Assembly (NCBI GenBank): GCA_963779685.1 | Contig: CAVZZG010000001.1 | Span: 748,102 to 812,101 of the forward strand | Origin: an uncultured Actinomycetes bacterium | GTDB lineage: Bacteria; Actinomycetota; Thermoleophilia; Gaiellales; F1-60-MAGs149 | DNA: 64,000 bases | Direction: 5' to 3' | Part shown: in pieces, positions 40,905 through 50,093 of the stretch | Layout of the letters: the number at the start of each line of letters is the position of its first letter | How positions within the stretch are numbered: position 1 is the first letter of the stretch | Made by a program: the position numbers and the translations under genes | Notes under the pieces: generated by a model | Databases searched by the model: none | What the model saw: the letters and a program-made list of their open reading frames with translations, nothing else | Told to the model about the DNA's origin: nothing

Positions 40905-41623
40905 GACCGGGCCTCCGCTCCGTCGGCGACGGGCAGCAGCCGGGTGCCGAGGCCGGATCGCTGAAGTGCGTGAGCGATGGCGGGGAGCGCCCGGCACGTG
41001 CGCCCGTACGAGCCGCTCGCGCCGTAGCGGTCGGAGTCGTGCAGCAGGAGGATGTCGCCGGCGCGGAGACCGCGCGCGACCCGCCGGCCGATGCTGTCTG
41101 CGGTTGCGGCGGCCTGCCAGTCGCGGCCCCAGCGGGTCCAGCTGACGAGCAGCAGGCCGTGTCGACGTGCGTACTGGAGCGTGGCGAGGCTCGTGGCGCC
41201 GAACGGCGCCCGGATGGCGCGCACCGACTGGCCGGTGACGTTCTCGAGCGTGCGCTGAGCCGTCGCCAGGTCGGCCGTGAGGCGGTGCGGGTTGCGTAGC
41301 GGATGGGGCGCGTGGCCGGCGCCGTGCAGCTCGACCCGGTGGCCGGCGGCACACATGGCGCGGACGAGGCCTTCGTGCCGCGCGGCGCTGTCGTGCATCA
41401 CGAAGAACGTGGCGCACAGCCCCAGTCGGTCGAGCTCGGCGAGGATCGCGGGTGTACCTCGTGGATGCGGGCCGTCGTCGAACGTGAGCGCGACGGCGGG
41501 AACGTCGCCGGGCAGCCGGCGTACCACGCCGGGAAACCGCAGCCGGCCGACGCTGCCCAGGCCGGGGGCGGCGTTCGCGGCCACCAGCCCGGCGGCGAGG
41601 ATCAGCGGGCCGCTGCGTGCCAC
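40895..41623 (-). CDS. Polysaccharide deacetylase (NodB/CE4) family
   Basis: Contains ALTFDDGPHPRGTP, FFVMHDSAARH and VELHGAGH. The start is placed at GTG 41623, overlapping the upstream GT by 22 nt. The rest of the 40895..42592 ORF is an alternate frame. Confidence 0.8.
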   Translation of the reverse strand: MARSGPLILAAGLVAANAAPGLGSVGRLRFPGVVRRLPGDVPAVALTFDDGPHPRGTPAILAELDRLGLCATFFVMHDSAARHEGLVRAMCAAGHRVELHGAGHAPHPLRNPHRLTADLATAQRTLENVTGQSVRAIRAPFGATSLATLQYARRHGLLLVSWTRWGRDWQAAATADSIGRRVARGLRAGDILLLHDSDRYGASGSYGRTCRALPAIAHALQRSGLGTRLLPVADGAEARSWS

Positions 41624-42762
41624 GGTGAAGGAACGGGGGTACCGGAGTAGGCTACGGTCGCCGCCGGCTGCGGGGCGAGTGCCGCCAGCAGCTCGCCGCA
41701 CTGCGGGCGGTCGAACAGCAGTCGGGCCTGGCCGGCCGTGTTCGGCGCGGTCTCGGCCCAGAAGCGGCTCGCCGCGAGCTGCGCCGACAGCGCTGCCTGG
41801 TCTTCGGCGAGCGTGACGAGACCGTTGGTCGCGAGCAGTTCCGCGTTGGCCTCGCCGTGTCCGGGCAGCGGCTGGTACATGACCACCGCGAGCCCCACCC
41901 GGAACGCCTCCAGGCAGGTGAGGCCGCCGGCGTTCTGAATCAGGACGTCGCTGGCGGCCATCAGCTCGGGCAAGTCGTGCGCGAATCCCACCACCGTTCC
42001 GGGGCGCAGCGCCGGGTCGGCGGCGAGGCGTGTCCACAAGGCCTGGTTGTGGCCGCAGACCACGATCGGCACGCACCCCGCCGCGCTGCACGCCGCCGCG
42101 GCGCCGGTGAGGTCGCCCGTGCCCCAGGCGCCGCCGACGATCAGCGCGACCCGATCCCCGGCCGTCAGCTTCAGACGGCCGCGAACCTCGCGACGAGCGC
42201 CGGGCGCGGCCAGGTGGGCCGCGATCGGCGGCTGGATGGCCACGAGCGAAGAGGTGGCGGCGCCGACGGTGAGGTTGGCGTCGAGCGCGCGGTGGATCCA
42301 GGCCGGGTGCGGATCGACGTCCGTCACGATCGCCGCACACGGCGTCGGCAGCCGCCGTCGCCGGCGAAGTCCGGCCAGGGCGGCCGACACCAGCGGATAG
42401 GTCGAGACCACGAGCGTCGCCTCGCATTCCGCGATCCGGACCCGAAGGCGGCGGCCTCCCGCCCGTGCCAGCAGCGAGCCGACCAGCCGCATCAGGCGCG
42501 TCGAGCGCGTCACCCGGTACAGGATCCGCCACGACCAGGGAGCGTGCTCGAGCTGGAGGTGGTAACCGTCGACGACGATCCGCTCGATCCACCGGCCCAG
42601 CAGCGCCAGCCCGTCATCGGTCTCGACGGTGTAGCCGCGAGCTGCCAGTTCCGCCGCCACGCCGCGGGCGGCGGCGTCGTGCCCGGCCCCGACCGGCGCC
42701 GACAGGATCAGCGCGCGCCGGGGCGGGCCGGGGTACGCATCCGCTGTCGGGCGGCGAGCCAC
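41602..42762 (-). CDS. GT28-type glycosyltransferase (MGDG-synthase/MurG-like)
   Basis: 386 aa. Contains LILSAPVGAGHDAAARGVAAEL, a central LIVGGAWGTG and a C-terminal SDVLIQNAGGLTCLEA. Confidence 0.8.
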   Translation of the reverse strand: MARRPTADAYPGPPRRALILSAPVGAGHDAAARGVAAELAARGYTVETDDGLALLGRWIERIVVDGYHLQLEHAPWSWRILYRVTRSTRLMRLVGSLLARAGGRRLRVRIAECEATLVVSTYPLVSAALAGLRRRRRLPTPCAAIVTDVDPHPAWIHRALDANLTVGAATSSLVAIQPPIAAHLAAPGARREVRGRLKLTAGDRVALIVGGAWGTGDLTGAAAACSAAGCVPIVVCGHNQALWTRLAADPALRPGTVVGFAHDLPELMAASDVLIQNAGGLTCLEAFRVGLAVVMYQPLPGHGEANAELLATNGLVTLAEDQAALSAQLAASRFWAETAPNTAGQARLLFDRPQCGELLAALAPQPAATVAYSGTPVPSPWHAAAR

Positions 42763-42815
42763 CGGAACGAGACAGTACGTGCCGGTTCTGAAGGCGTTCT
42801 TAGGATGCTGCCGCC

Positions 42816-44861
42816 GTGCTAGCCTCGGCGGCCGTGTCGGCTTCCGGTCCGCGCCCCGACGTGGCGGCGTTCTTCCGCCCTCGCTCCGCCGCGATCTTCG
42901 GGCTGTCGGAGCGCACGACCACGCGCATGGCCACCAACATGCGGGTGCCGGGCGTGCCGCTGCACGGCATCAACCCGACCCGCAGCGAGGTGGGTGGCGT
43001 GCCGTGCGTGCCGACGCTTCGCGACTGCCCGCAGGTGCCCGAGCTGGTGGTGGTCGCCGTCGGACACGGCCGGATCGAGGCGGCGATCGAGGACGTGCTG
43101 AGCGTCGAGGGCGTTCGGGCCCTGGTGGTGCCCGGCCTGGGGGCCGAAGCCGGGCCCGCGGCCGGGCCGATCGCGCGCCGCGTCGCCGACCGCGTGCTCG
43201 CCGCCGGCCTCCCGATGCTCGGCCCGAACTGCATGGGCTTCGTCAGGCCCGGCGGTGTGTCGCCCTGGATCACGACCCTCGACGACTCCGTTGCCCGCGG
43301 CCGCGTCGCGGTGCTCGCGCACTCCGGCTCGATCGCGAAGATCCTGATCTCGGCCGGCCCGCGGATCGGCTTCACGAGCGTCGTGTCGGCCGGCAACGAG
43401 CTGGTGCGCGACGCCGCCGACTTCGTCTCGCACTGGGCGGCCGACCCCGACACCCAGGCGGTCGGCCTGTTCCTCGAGACCGTGCGGCGCCCGGCTGCGT
43501 TCGAGCAGGCCCTGCGCGAGCTGGCGGAGGCCGGCAAGGTCGCGATCGTGGTCAAGGTCGGCACATCCGAGCTGGGAGCGGCCGGCGCGCTCGCCCACAC
43601 CGGCGCGATGGTCGGCTCCGACCGCAGCTTCTCGGCGCTGCTGCGCGCGTATGACGCGATCCGCGTCGACGACGTCAGCGAGTGGCTCGAGCACCTCGAG
43701 CTGGCCGGCTGCCGGCGACGGCCGCGCGGTGCCCGGATCGGCGGCATGACCATCTCCGGAGGCGAGGGCGAGTACTTCGCGGACATGGCGGAGGCGGCGG
43801 GTATCCCGCTGCACCCGCTGTCGGACGGGCTGGCGGAGCGGATCCGGGCCGAGTTCCCGGACTTCGGGGTGGTCGGCAACCCCGTCGACGGATGGGCGAT
43901 CGCCGACGAGACCGTGCTCTTCCCACGGGTCGCGGAGCTGATGATCGAGTCCGGCGAGATCGACGTGCTGGTGAGCCTGATGGATCACACCGCCTTCCTG
44001 CCGCCGCCCGAGGCGGCCATGATCCGCGGCCTTTCCGAGCACGTGATGGCGGCCTGCGAGGGCACCGACGTGGTCGGCTGCGTGATCTCGACCACGACCT
44101 CGGATCCGCCCCTCGACGACCTGCGCTGGGCGCGCGATCGTGACGTTCCCCTGCTGCGCGGCACCGCCGCGGCGCTGCGGGCCCTGGCCGCCCGCGTCCA
44201 CCACGCCGGCCGCGTGCCGCCGGCCCGGGACACCCCGCCGGCGTCGCGCATCGCGGGCGCCGGTGCGCTGTCCGAGTTCGACTCGGCGACAATCGCGGCC
44301 GGCTACGACATCGCCTACGTGCGGGCCGAGCGCTGCGCCTCGCCGGAGGAGGCCGTCGTTGCCGCGCGGCGGATCGGCTACCCGGTGGTCGTGAAGGTCG
44401 ACGGGGTTGCGCACAAGGCCCGCGTTGGCGGGGTCGCGCTGCACCTGGCTGATGATGCCGCGGTCCGCGCGGCCGCCGGGGGCATGGGCGGGCGCGTGAT
44501 CGTCGCCGAGCAGGTGACGGGCGGCGCGGAACTGCTGGTCGGGGCGCTGCGCGATCCCGACTACGGCCCGATCGTCGTGGCCGGCGTCGGCGGCGGCCTT
44601 GCCGAGGCGCTCGACCTCGTCTCGGCCACGCTCGCCCCCACCGACGTAGCCGGCGCGCGGGCGCTGGTGGCGTCGGTGCCGGCGATCGCGCGGCTGGTCG
44701 GTGGCGAGCCGCCGGCGGCGCTGATCGATGCCATCGTCGGCGTCTCGCGGCTGGTTGCGGAGCACCCGGAGATCGCCGAGGTCGACGTCAATCCACTACT
44801 CGTCTCGGCCGGGCGCGCCGTCGCGCTCGACTGCCTGATCGTCCTCGAGGAGGCACCTTGA
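42816..44861 (+). CDS. Acetate--CoA ligase (ADP-forming) family protein: CoA-binding + succinyl-CoA-synthetase-like + ATP-grasp
   Basis: 681 aa. Contains LGPNCMGFV, AHSGSIA, VSAGNE, HTGAMVGSD and a C-terminal ATP-grasp region YPVVVKVDGVAHKARVGGV. Confidence 0.85.
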   Translation: MLASAAVSASGPRPDVAAFFRPRSAAIFGLSERTTTRMATNMRVPGVPLHGINPTRSEVGGVPCVPTLRDCPQVPELVVVAVGHGRIEAAIEDVLSVEGVRALVVPGLGAEAGPAAGPIARRVADRVLAAGLPMLGPNCMGFVRPGGVSPWITTLDDSVARGRVAVLAHSGSIAKILISAGPRIGFTSVVSAGNELVRDAADFVSHWAADPDTQAVGLFLETVRRPAAFEQALRELAEAGKVAIVVKVGTSELGAAGALAHTGAMVGSDRSFSALLRAYDAIRVDDVSEWLEHLELAGCRRRPRGARIGGMTISGGEGEYFADMAEAAGIPLHPLSDGLAERIRAEFPDFGVVGNPVDGWAIADETVLFPRVAELMIESGEIDVLVSLMDHTAFLPPPEAAMIRGLSEHVMAACEGTDVVGCVISTTTSDPPLDDLRWARDRDVPLLRGTAAALRALAARVHHAGRVPPARDTPPASRIAGAGALSEFDSATIAAGYDIAYVRAERCASPEEAVVAARRIGYPVVVKVDGVAHKARVGGVALHLADDAAVRAAAGGMGGRVIVAEQVTGGAELLVGALRDPDYGPIVVAGVGGGLAEALDLVSATLAPTDVAGARALVASVPAIARLVGGEPPAALIDAIVGVSRLVAEHPEIAEVDVNPLLVSAGRAVALDCLIVLEEAP

Positions 44862-45670
44862 CCGTTGTCACGTACGAGCAGCGCGGCGCGGCCGCGTGGA
44901 TTACGCTGAACCGGCCCGCGAAGCTGAACGCCCTCAACCACGAGGTCATCGACGCCCTCGAGGAAGCCATCGACCGCGCTTCGGGCGACGACGACACCAG
45001 GGTGGTCGTGCTGACCGGCGCCGGCCGCGCGTTCTGCGCCGGGTACGACCTCGACGACCAGGCCGCCGGCGGGCCCGAAGGCGCACACGGCCAGCACGAC
45101 CTGCTGGCCCGGGACGTCGCGGTGAACATGAAGCTTTGGCAGCTGCCCAAGCCCACGATCGCGGCCGTACGCGGCTACTGCGTAGCGGGTGGCTGCGAGC
45201 TGGCGATGGCCTGCGACATGATCGTCGCGGCCGACGATGCCCGGTTCGGCGAGCCGGAGATCCGCTACGGCTCGGGCCCGGTGACGCTCCTGATGCCGTT
45301 CGTGCTGGGTGAGAAGAAGACCAACGAGCTGCTCTTCACCGGCGACCTGATCGACGCTGCGACGGCCGAGCGGCTCGGTCTCGTCAACCGGGTGGTGGCC
45401 CCGGACGACCTGGACGGCGAGGTGACGGCCCTGGTCGACAAGATCGCACCGACGCCGCTGCCGATCCTGCGCCTCACGAAGCTCTCGCTGGTGCGTGCCT
45501 ACGAGGCCATGGGCCTGCGCCAGGCGGTGAACGCGAACCTCGACCTGGCCGCGATCCTGAACGCCACCGACACACCCGAGCTGCGCGAGTTCATGGAGAT
45601 CGCGCGCAGCGAGGGCCTGAAGGCGGCGCTGGCATGGCGGGATCGCCGCTACGGCCAGACGCTGGGCTGA
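44858..45670 (+). CDS. Enoyl-CoA hydratase/isomerase (crotonase) family
   Basis: TTG start 4 nt after GAGGAGG, overlapping the upstream stop. Contains WITLNRPAKLNAL, VVVLTGAGRAFCAGYDL and GYCVAGGCELAMACD. Confidence 0.9.
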   Translation: MTVVTYEQRGAAAWITLNRPAKLNALNHEVIDALEEAIDRASGDDDTRVVVLTGAGRAFCAGYDLDDQAAGGPEGAHGQHDLLARDVAVNMKLWQLPKPTIAAVRGYCVAGGCELAMACDMIVAADDARFGEPEIRYGSGPVTLLMPFVLGEKKTNELLFTGDLIDAATAERLGLVNRVVAPDDLDGEVTALVDKIAPTPLPILRLTKLSLVRAYEAMGLRQAVNANLDLAAILNATDTPELREFMEIARSEGLKAALAWRDRRYGQTLG

Positions 45671-45735
45671 CGTGCCGGGCTGGCCCACCCTCGCACACTC
45701 CAAGGGCAAGTCATGGCCGCTGGCTCCGGCCGCGG

Positions 45736-46116
45736 TTACGGCGCGTAGCGGCGGTGCAGCATCAGCGCGTTGCCGTCGGGATCGGTGAAGAACGCCATGT
45801 GGCATACGCCGGTGTCGAACGTGTCGCCGCGAAAGACCACGCCGCGCTCCTCGAGCGTCGCGCGCCCTACCGCGACGTCGGGGACGCGGAGCGCGATCGC
45901 TGTGCTGTGCGGGCCCGTGAACGCCTGCCCCATGTTCGTCGGGTCGATCAGGTAGAGGCTGACGTTGCCGAGCGAGTACTCGGGCCACGAGCCGCCGCCG
46001 TCCTCGGCGGTGAGTCCGAGCACGTCCTCGTAGAACCGCCGCGAACGGGTCAGGTCGGTGACCGGGACGGACACGAAGTCGGCCCGCTCGATGCGATACG
46101 CACTCTGCTCGGACAC
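45736..46116 (-). CDS. VOC/glyoxalase-family protein
   Basis: GGAGGAG RBS 6 nt before GTG 46116. Contains FYEDVLGL and VCHMAFFTDPDGNALMLH. 126 aa. Confidence 0.8.
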   Translation of the reverse strand: MSEQSAYRIERADFVSVPVTDLTRSRRFYEDVLGLTAEDGGGSWPEYSLGNVSLYLIDPTNMGQAFTGPHSTAIALRVPDVAVGRATLEERGVVFRGDTFDTGVCHMAFFTDPDGNALMLHRRYAP

Positions 46117-46259
46117 GGTGATCTCCTCCGGTTCGGGATAGCGGCTGCGCGGCGCCGGTCGCTCAACGCGCTCCATGGATACGGCGCCAGGGTACCAGCG
46201 CGGACGACGTCGCCTCGCGCGCGCGCCGCGGCGGAATGGTGACGGGCCGGCGTCGTTGG

Positions 46260-46276
46260 ATACCCTGGAGGGGTAT
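46260..46276. promoter_or_regulatory. CsoR/RcnR-type operator-like GC-core palindrome
   Basis: ATACCCTGGAGGGGTAT has ATACCC/GGGTAT arms. It lies 18 nt upstream of the DUF4396 start codon. From memory it resembles the Bacillus copZ operator core TACCCTACGGGGGTA. Confidence 0.35.
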
Positions 46277-46293
46277 ACCGAAAGAGGCGAGCA

Positions 46294-46770
46294 ATGGCCC
46301 ACGACCACCACATCCATCGAGGCCGTCACGTTGATGCGAGCTGGCGCGTGGCGACGCTCGCGACGCTGCACTGCCTGACGGGGTGTGCCCTCGGGGAGGT
46401 GCTCGGGATGGTGATCGCGACCGCCGCGAACATGAGCAACGGCGCCTCGATCGTGCTCTCGATCGCGCTGGCGTTCGTGTTCGGCTACGCGCTGACGATG
46501 CGACCCCTCGTCGGCGCCGGCCTGGCCGTGCGGCGCGCGGGCAGGGTCGCGCTGGCCGCGGACACGACCTCGATCACCGTCATGGAGGTGATGGACACGC
46601 TGTTCCTGATCGCGGTGCCGGGCGCGCTGGCCGCGACCCTCGGCGACGCGCTGTTCTGGTGGAGCCTGGCCGCGTCGCTGGTGGTGGCGTTCATCGCGAC
46701 GGTGCCGGTGAACCGCTGGCTGATCGCCCGCGGTAGGGGCCACGCGGTGGTGCACGCGTACCACGGCTGA
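46294..46770 (+). CDS. DUF4396-like membrane protein (His-rich N-terminus)
   Basis: 158 aa. Opens MAHDHHIHRGRH, followed by LHCLTGCALGEV and three further TM segments. Confidence 0.7.
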   Translation: MAHDHHIHRGRHVDASWRVATLATLHCLTGCALGEVLGMVIATAANMSNGASIVLSIALAFVFGYALTMRPLVGAGLAVRRAGRVALAADTTSITVMEVMDTLFLIAVPGALAATLGDALFWWSLAASLVVAFIATVPVNRWLIARGRGHAVVHAYHG

Positions 46771-46785
46771 CGGGGGGCGCCATCG

Positions 46786-47715
46786 ATGCAGCAGCGTGGT
46801 GGGATCACGACCGCGTATCGGCGGTACCGTGCACCGATCAGGCTCGGTATCCACTTCCCGAACTTCTCGCTCCCGGGCAACCCGGACTCGTTGGCGACGA
46901 TCCTGGCCGACACGGCGCAGGCGGCCGAGACGGGCGGCTGTTCCGTGTTCACGCAGATGGACCACTGGTTCCAGATGGAGATGCTGGGCGGCCCGGCCGA
47001 GCCGATGCTCGAGGGGTACACGAGCCTCGGCTTCCTCGCCGGGAAGACCGAGCGCATCACGCTCGGGCTGCTCGTCACCGGGGTCACCTACCGGCATCCG
47101 GGCCTGCTCGCCAAGACCGTGACGACGCTCGACGTGCTGTCGGGCGGCCGGGCGCTGCTCGGCCTCGGCGCGGCGTGGTACGACCGCGAGCACCTCGGCC
47201 TCGGCGTCCCCTACCCGCCGATGGCGGAACGGTTCGAGCGGCTCGAAGAGACGCTCGCGGTCTGCAAGCAGATGTGGAGCGACGATGACGGGCCCTACAA
47301 CGGGCGCCACTACCAGCTCGCCGAGACGCTCTGCCTGCCGCGCCCGATCCAGCAGCCACGGCCGCGGATCCTGATCGGCGGCGGTGGAGAGCGAAAGACG
47401 CTGCGTCTCGTCGCCCGGCACGCCGACGCCTGCAATCTCTTCGGCGGCGATGTTGCAGGTGTCCGGCACAAGATCGAGGTCCTGCACCGGCACTGCGAGG
47501 CCGAGGGTCGCGACCCGGCCGAGATCGAGATCACGACCATTCTCCGACCCGAGGCGGCCGACGATCGCGACGCCTTCGTGGAGCTGATGGCGGCCTACGC
47601 GAAGCTCGGCGTCGACCTGGTCTGGCTCAGCGCGCCCGTCCCCGACCCCGTGGCGTGGGTGACGAAGACCGCGGGTCAGCTCGTCCCGCGACTCGCGGAA
47701 CTCGGGCCACGTTAA
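46786..47715 (+). CDS. Luciferase-like (LLM class) F420-dependent oxidoreductase
   Basis: 309 aa. Contains RLGIHFPNF, DHWFQM, LEGYTSLGFLAG, GLGAAWYDREH and ILIGGGGERKTLRLVARHAD. Confidence 0.85.
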   Translation: MQQRGGITTAYRRYRAPIRLGIHFPNFSLPGNPDSLATILADTAQAAETGGCSVFTQMDHWFQMEMLGGPAEPMLEGYTSLGFLAGKTERITLGLLVTGVTYRHPGLLAKTVTTLDVLSGGRALLGLGAAWYDREHLGLGVPYPPMAERFERLEETLAVCKQMWSDDDGPYNGRHYQLAETLCLPRPIQQPRPRILIGGGGERKTLRLVARHADACNLFGGDVAGVRHKIEVLHRHCEAEGRDPAEIEITTILRPEAADDRDAFVELMAAYAKLGVDLVWLSAPVPDPVAWVTKTAGQLVPRLAELGPR

Positions 47716-47719
47716 CGGG

Positions 47720-49015
47720 TCAGGGCCCGATCTTGCCGGCGGACAGGGCCCGCTCGCCCCGTCCGCTGCCGATGAAGCTGAGCGTCCAGCTCACCAGGGT
47801 CCTGAAGCGGTTCTTGAAGCCGGTCATGAACATCAGGTGCACGGCCAGCCAGACCCACCAGGCGATGAAGCCGGAGAACCGCAGGCCGCGGAAGCTGACG
47901 ATCGCGCGCCGCCGTGAGATCGCGGCCATGCTGCCCATGTCGCGGTAGCGGAAGGGTTTCGGCGTCGCGTCGGGGCCATCCTTGAGCCGCCGGGAGATGG
48001 TGCGGGCGGCATGGATGCCGGACTGCATGGCCACCTCGGCCACGCCGGGGAGCCCGTTCAGGGTCATCAGGTCGCCGATCGCGAACACCTCGGGGTGGCC
48101 GGGCAGCGTGCAGTCCGGCAGCACCGCGATGCGGCCGGCCCGGTCGCATTCGGCACCCGAAGCGTCGGCCAGCAGCCGCCCCAGCGGCGAGGCGGCCACC
48201 CCCGCGGCCCAGATCTTGGTGCGGGCCGGATAGCGGTGGACGATGCCGTCCGCTCCCGTCACATCGACGCCGTCGGCGTCGATGCCGGTGACGTGGCACT
48301 GGCCGTGGATCTCGACGCCGGTGCGCTCGAGCTCGCGGTGGCCCCGCTCCGACAGGCGGTCGCCGAACCCGGCCAGGATCTCCTTGCCGCCGTCGAACAG
48401 CAGCACCCGCACCTCGGTCGGATCGAACCGCCGGAAGTTGTTCTTCATGGCCCGCCGTGACAGCTCGGCGATCTGCCCGGCCGTCTCCACGCCCGTCGGG
48501 CCGCCTCCAACCACGACGAACGTCAGCCACGCCCGCCGGGCATCGTCGTTGTGCTCGATCTCCGCCATCTCGAACGCGCCGAAGATGCGCCGGCGGTGTT
48601 CGGCAGCGTCGGCGAGCGTCTTCATGCCCGGTGCCCACTGCGCGAACTCGTCGTGCCCGAAGTAGGACTGGCCGGCGCCGGCGGCGACGATCAGGCTGTC
48701 GTAGGGCAGCGCGAGGGGCTGGCCGTCCGGCGAGAGGGCTGCCACCGTGCGGCCGGCGAGATCGAAGCCGGTCACCTCGCCCATCAGCACGGAGACGTTG
48801 TGGTGGTGTCGCAGCACCTCGCGGGTGGCCGGGGCGACGTCGCCCTCGGACAGGATGCCGGTCGCCACCTGGTAGAGCAGCGGCTGGAACAGGTGGTGGT
48901 TGGTGCGGTCGATCAGCGTCACCTGCACGGGCGCGCGGCGCAGGAGGCGGGCCGCGAAAAGACCGCCGAACCCCGCGCCGACGATGACCACCTGATGCCG
49001 CGCGACGGCTGCCAC
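47720..49015 (-). CDS. ndh: Type II NADH dehydrogenase (NDH-2)
   Basis: Start at GTG 49015 or TTG 49018. Contains VVIVGAGFGG, HLFQPLLYQVATG, VVVGGGPTGVE and a C-terminal amphipathic/TM tail. The upstream part of the 701-aa ORF is antisense to acoA. Confidence 0.85.
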   Translation of the reverse strand: MAAVARHQVVIVGAGFGGLFAARLLRRAPVQVTLIDRTNHHLFQPLLYQVATGILSEGDVAPATREVLRHHHNVSVLMGEVTGFDLAGRTVAALSPDGQPLALPYDSLIVAAGAGQSYFGHDEFAQWAPGMKTLADAAEHRRRIFGAFEMAEIEHNDDARRAWLTFVVVGGGPTGVETAGQIAELSRRAMKNNFRRFDPTEVRVLLFDGGKEILAGFGDRLSERGHRELERTGVEIHGQCHVTGIDADGVDVTGADGIVHRYPARTKIWAAGVAASPLGRLLADASGAECDRAGRIAVLPDCTLPGHPEVFAIGDLMTLNGLPGVAEVAMQSGIHAARTISRRLKDGPDATPKPFRYRDMGSMAAISRRRAIVSFRGLRFSGFIAWWVWLAVHLMFMTGFKNRFRTLVSWTLSFIGSGRGERALSAGKIGP

Positions 49016-49090
49016 CAATACCCCGGCACCGACTATACCGGCTCGCGCAATGCGAGCTAGGATGGCCGGACGGCTGCAGCGAGGAGGATC

Positions 49091-50093
49091 GTGATGGCGG
49101 TGACGGGCGAGCGGACGGTCGAGCTGACCGCAGACACGCTGCGCGGCATGTACGAGCGGATGGCGCTGATCCGGACGTTCGAGGAGACGACCATGCGGCA
49201 GTTCGCGGATGGCCAGATCCCCGGCTTCGTGCACCTGTACGCCGGCGAGGAGGCGGTCGCGGTCGGGGTCTGCGCGCACCTCTCGGACGCCGACTTCATC
49301 ACCAGCACCCACCGCGGCCACGGCCACTGCATCGCCAAGGGCGTCGACGTCGGCGGCATGGTGGCCGAGCTGATGGGCCGTCGGACCGGGCTCTGCAAGG
49401 GCAAGGGCGGCTCGATGCACGTCGCCGACGTCGAGAAGGGGATGCTCGGCGCCAACGGCATCGTCGGCGGCGGCTACCCGCTGGCGTGCGGGGCCGCGCT
49501 GACCGCGAAGGTGCACGGCAGCGGCGCCGTCGCCGTCTGCTTCTTCGGCGATGGGGCCGCCAACCAGGGCACCTTCCACGAGAGCCTCAACCTGGCGTCG
49601 ATCTGGAACCTGCCGGTGGTGTTCGTGTGCGAGAACAACGGCTACGCCGAGGCGACGCCGTTCAGCTATCACTGCTCGACCGCCGACATCGCCACCCGTG
49701 CGCAGGGCTACGACATCCCCGGCGTGGTGGTCGACGGGCTCGACGTGCTGGCCGTGTTCGAGGTCGTGGGCGAGGCGATCGCCCGGGCCCGGCGCGGCGA
49801 CGGGCCCAGCGCTGATCGAGGCCAAGACCTACCGCTTCTACGGCCACGAGGAAGGCGACACCGGCACCTACCGCACCGCCGAGGAGGTCGAGGCGTTCCG
49901 CGCCCGCGACCCGCTGACGACGTTCGGCGCGCACCTGACGCGCAACGCGATCGCGACCGAGGCCGATCTGGAACGGATGACGGCCGCCGCCCAGGCCACG
50001 GTCGACGCCGCCTATACGGCGGCCGCCGCCGCACCCTGGCCCGACCCGGCCGAGACCTACGACGACGTCTACGTCAGCTACGGGGGGCGATGA
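49091..50093 (+). pseudogene. acoA: TPP-dependent dehydrogenase E1 alpha subunit (acetoin/pyruvate dehydrogenase type), single frame break at 49811
   Basis: Contains HLYAGEEAVAVG, GKGGSMH and CFFGDGAANQGTFHESLN. At agc-G-ctg the frame moves +1 and continues LIEAKTYRFYGHEEGD... to the TGA at 50091-50093. Confidence 0.75.
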
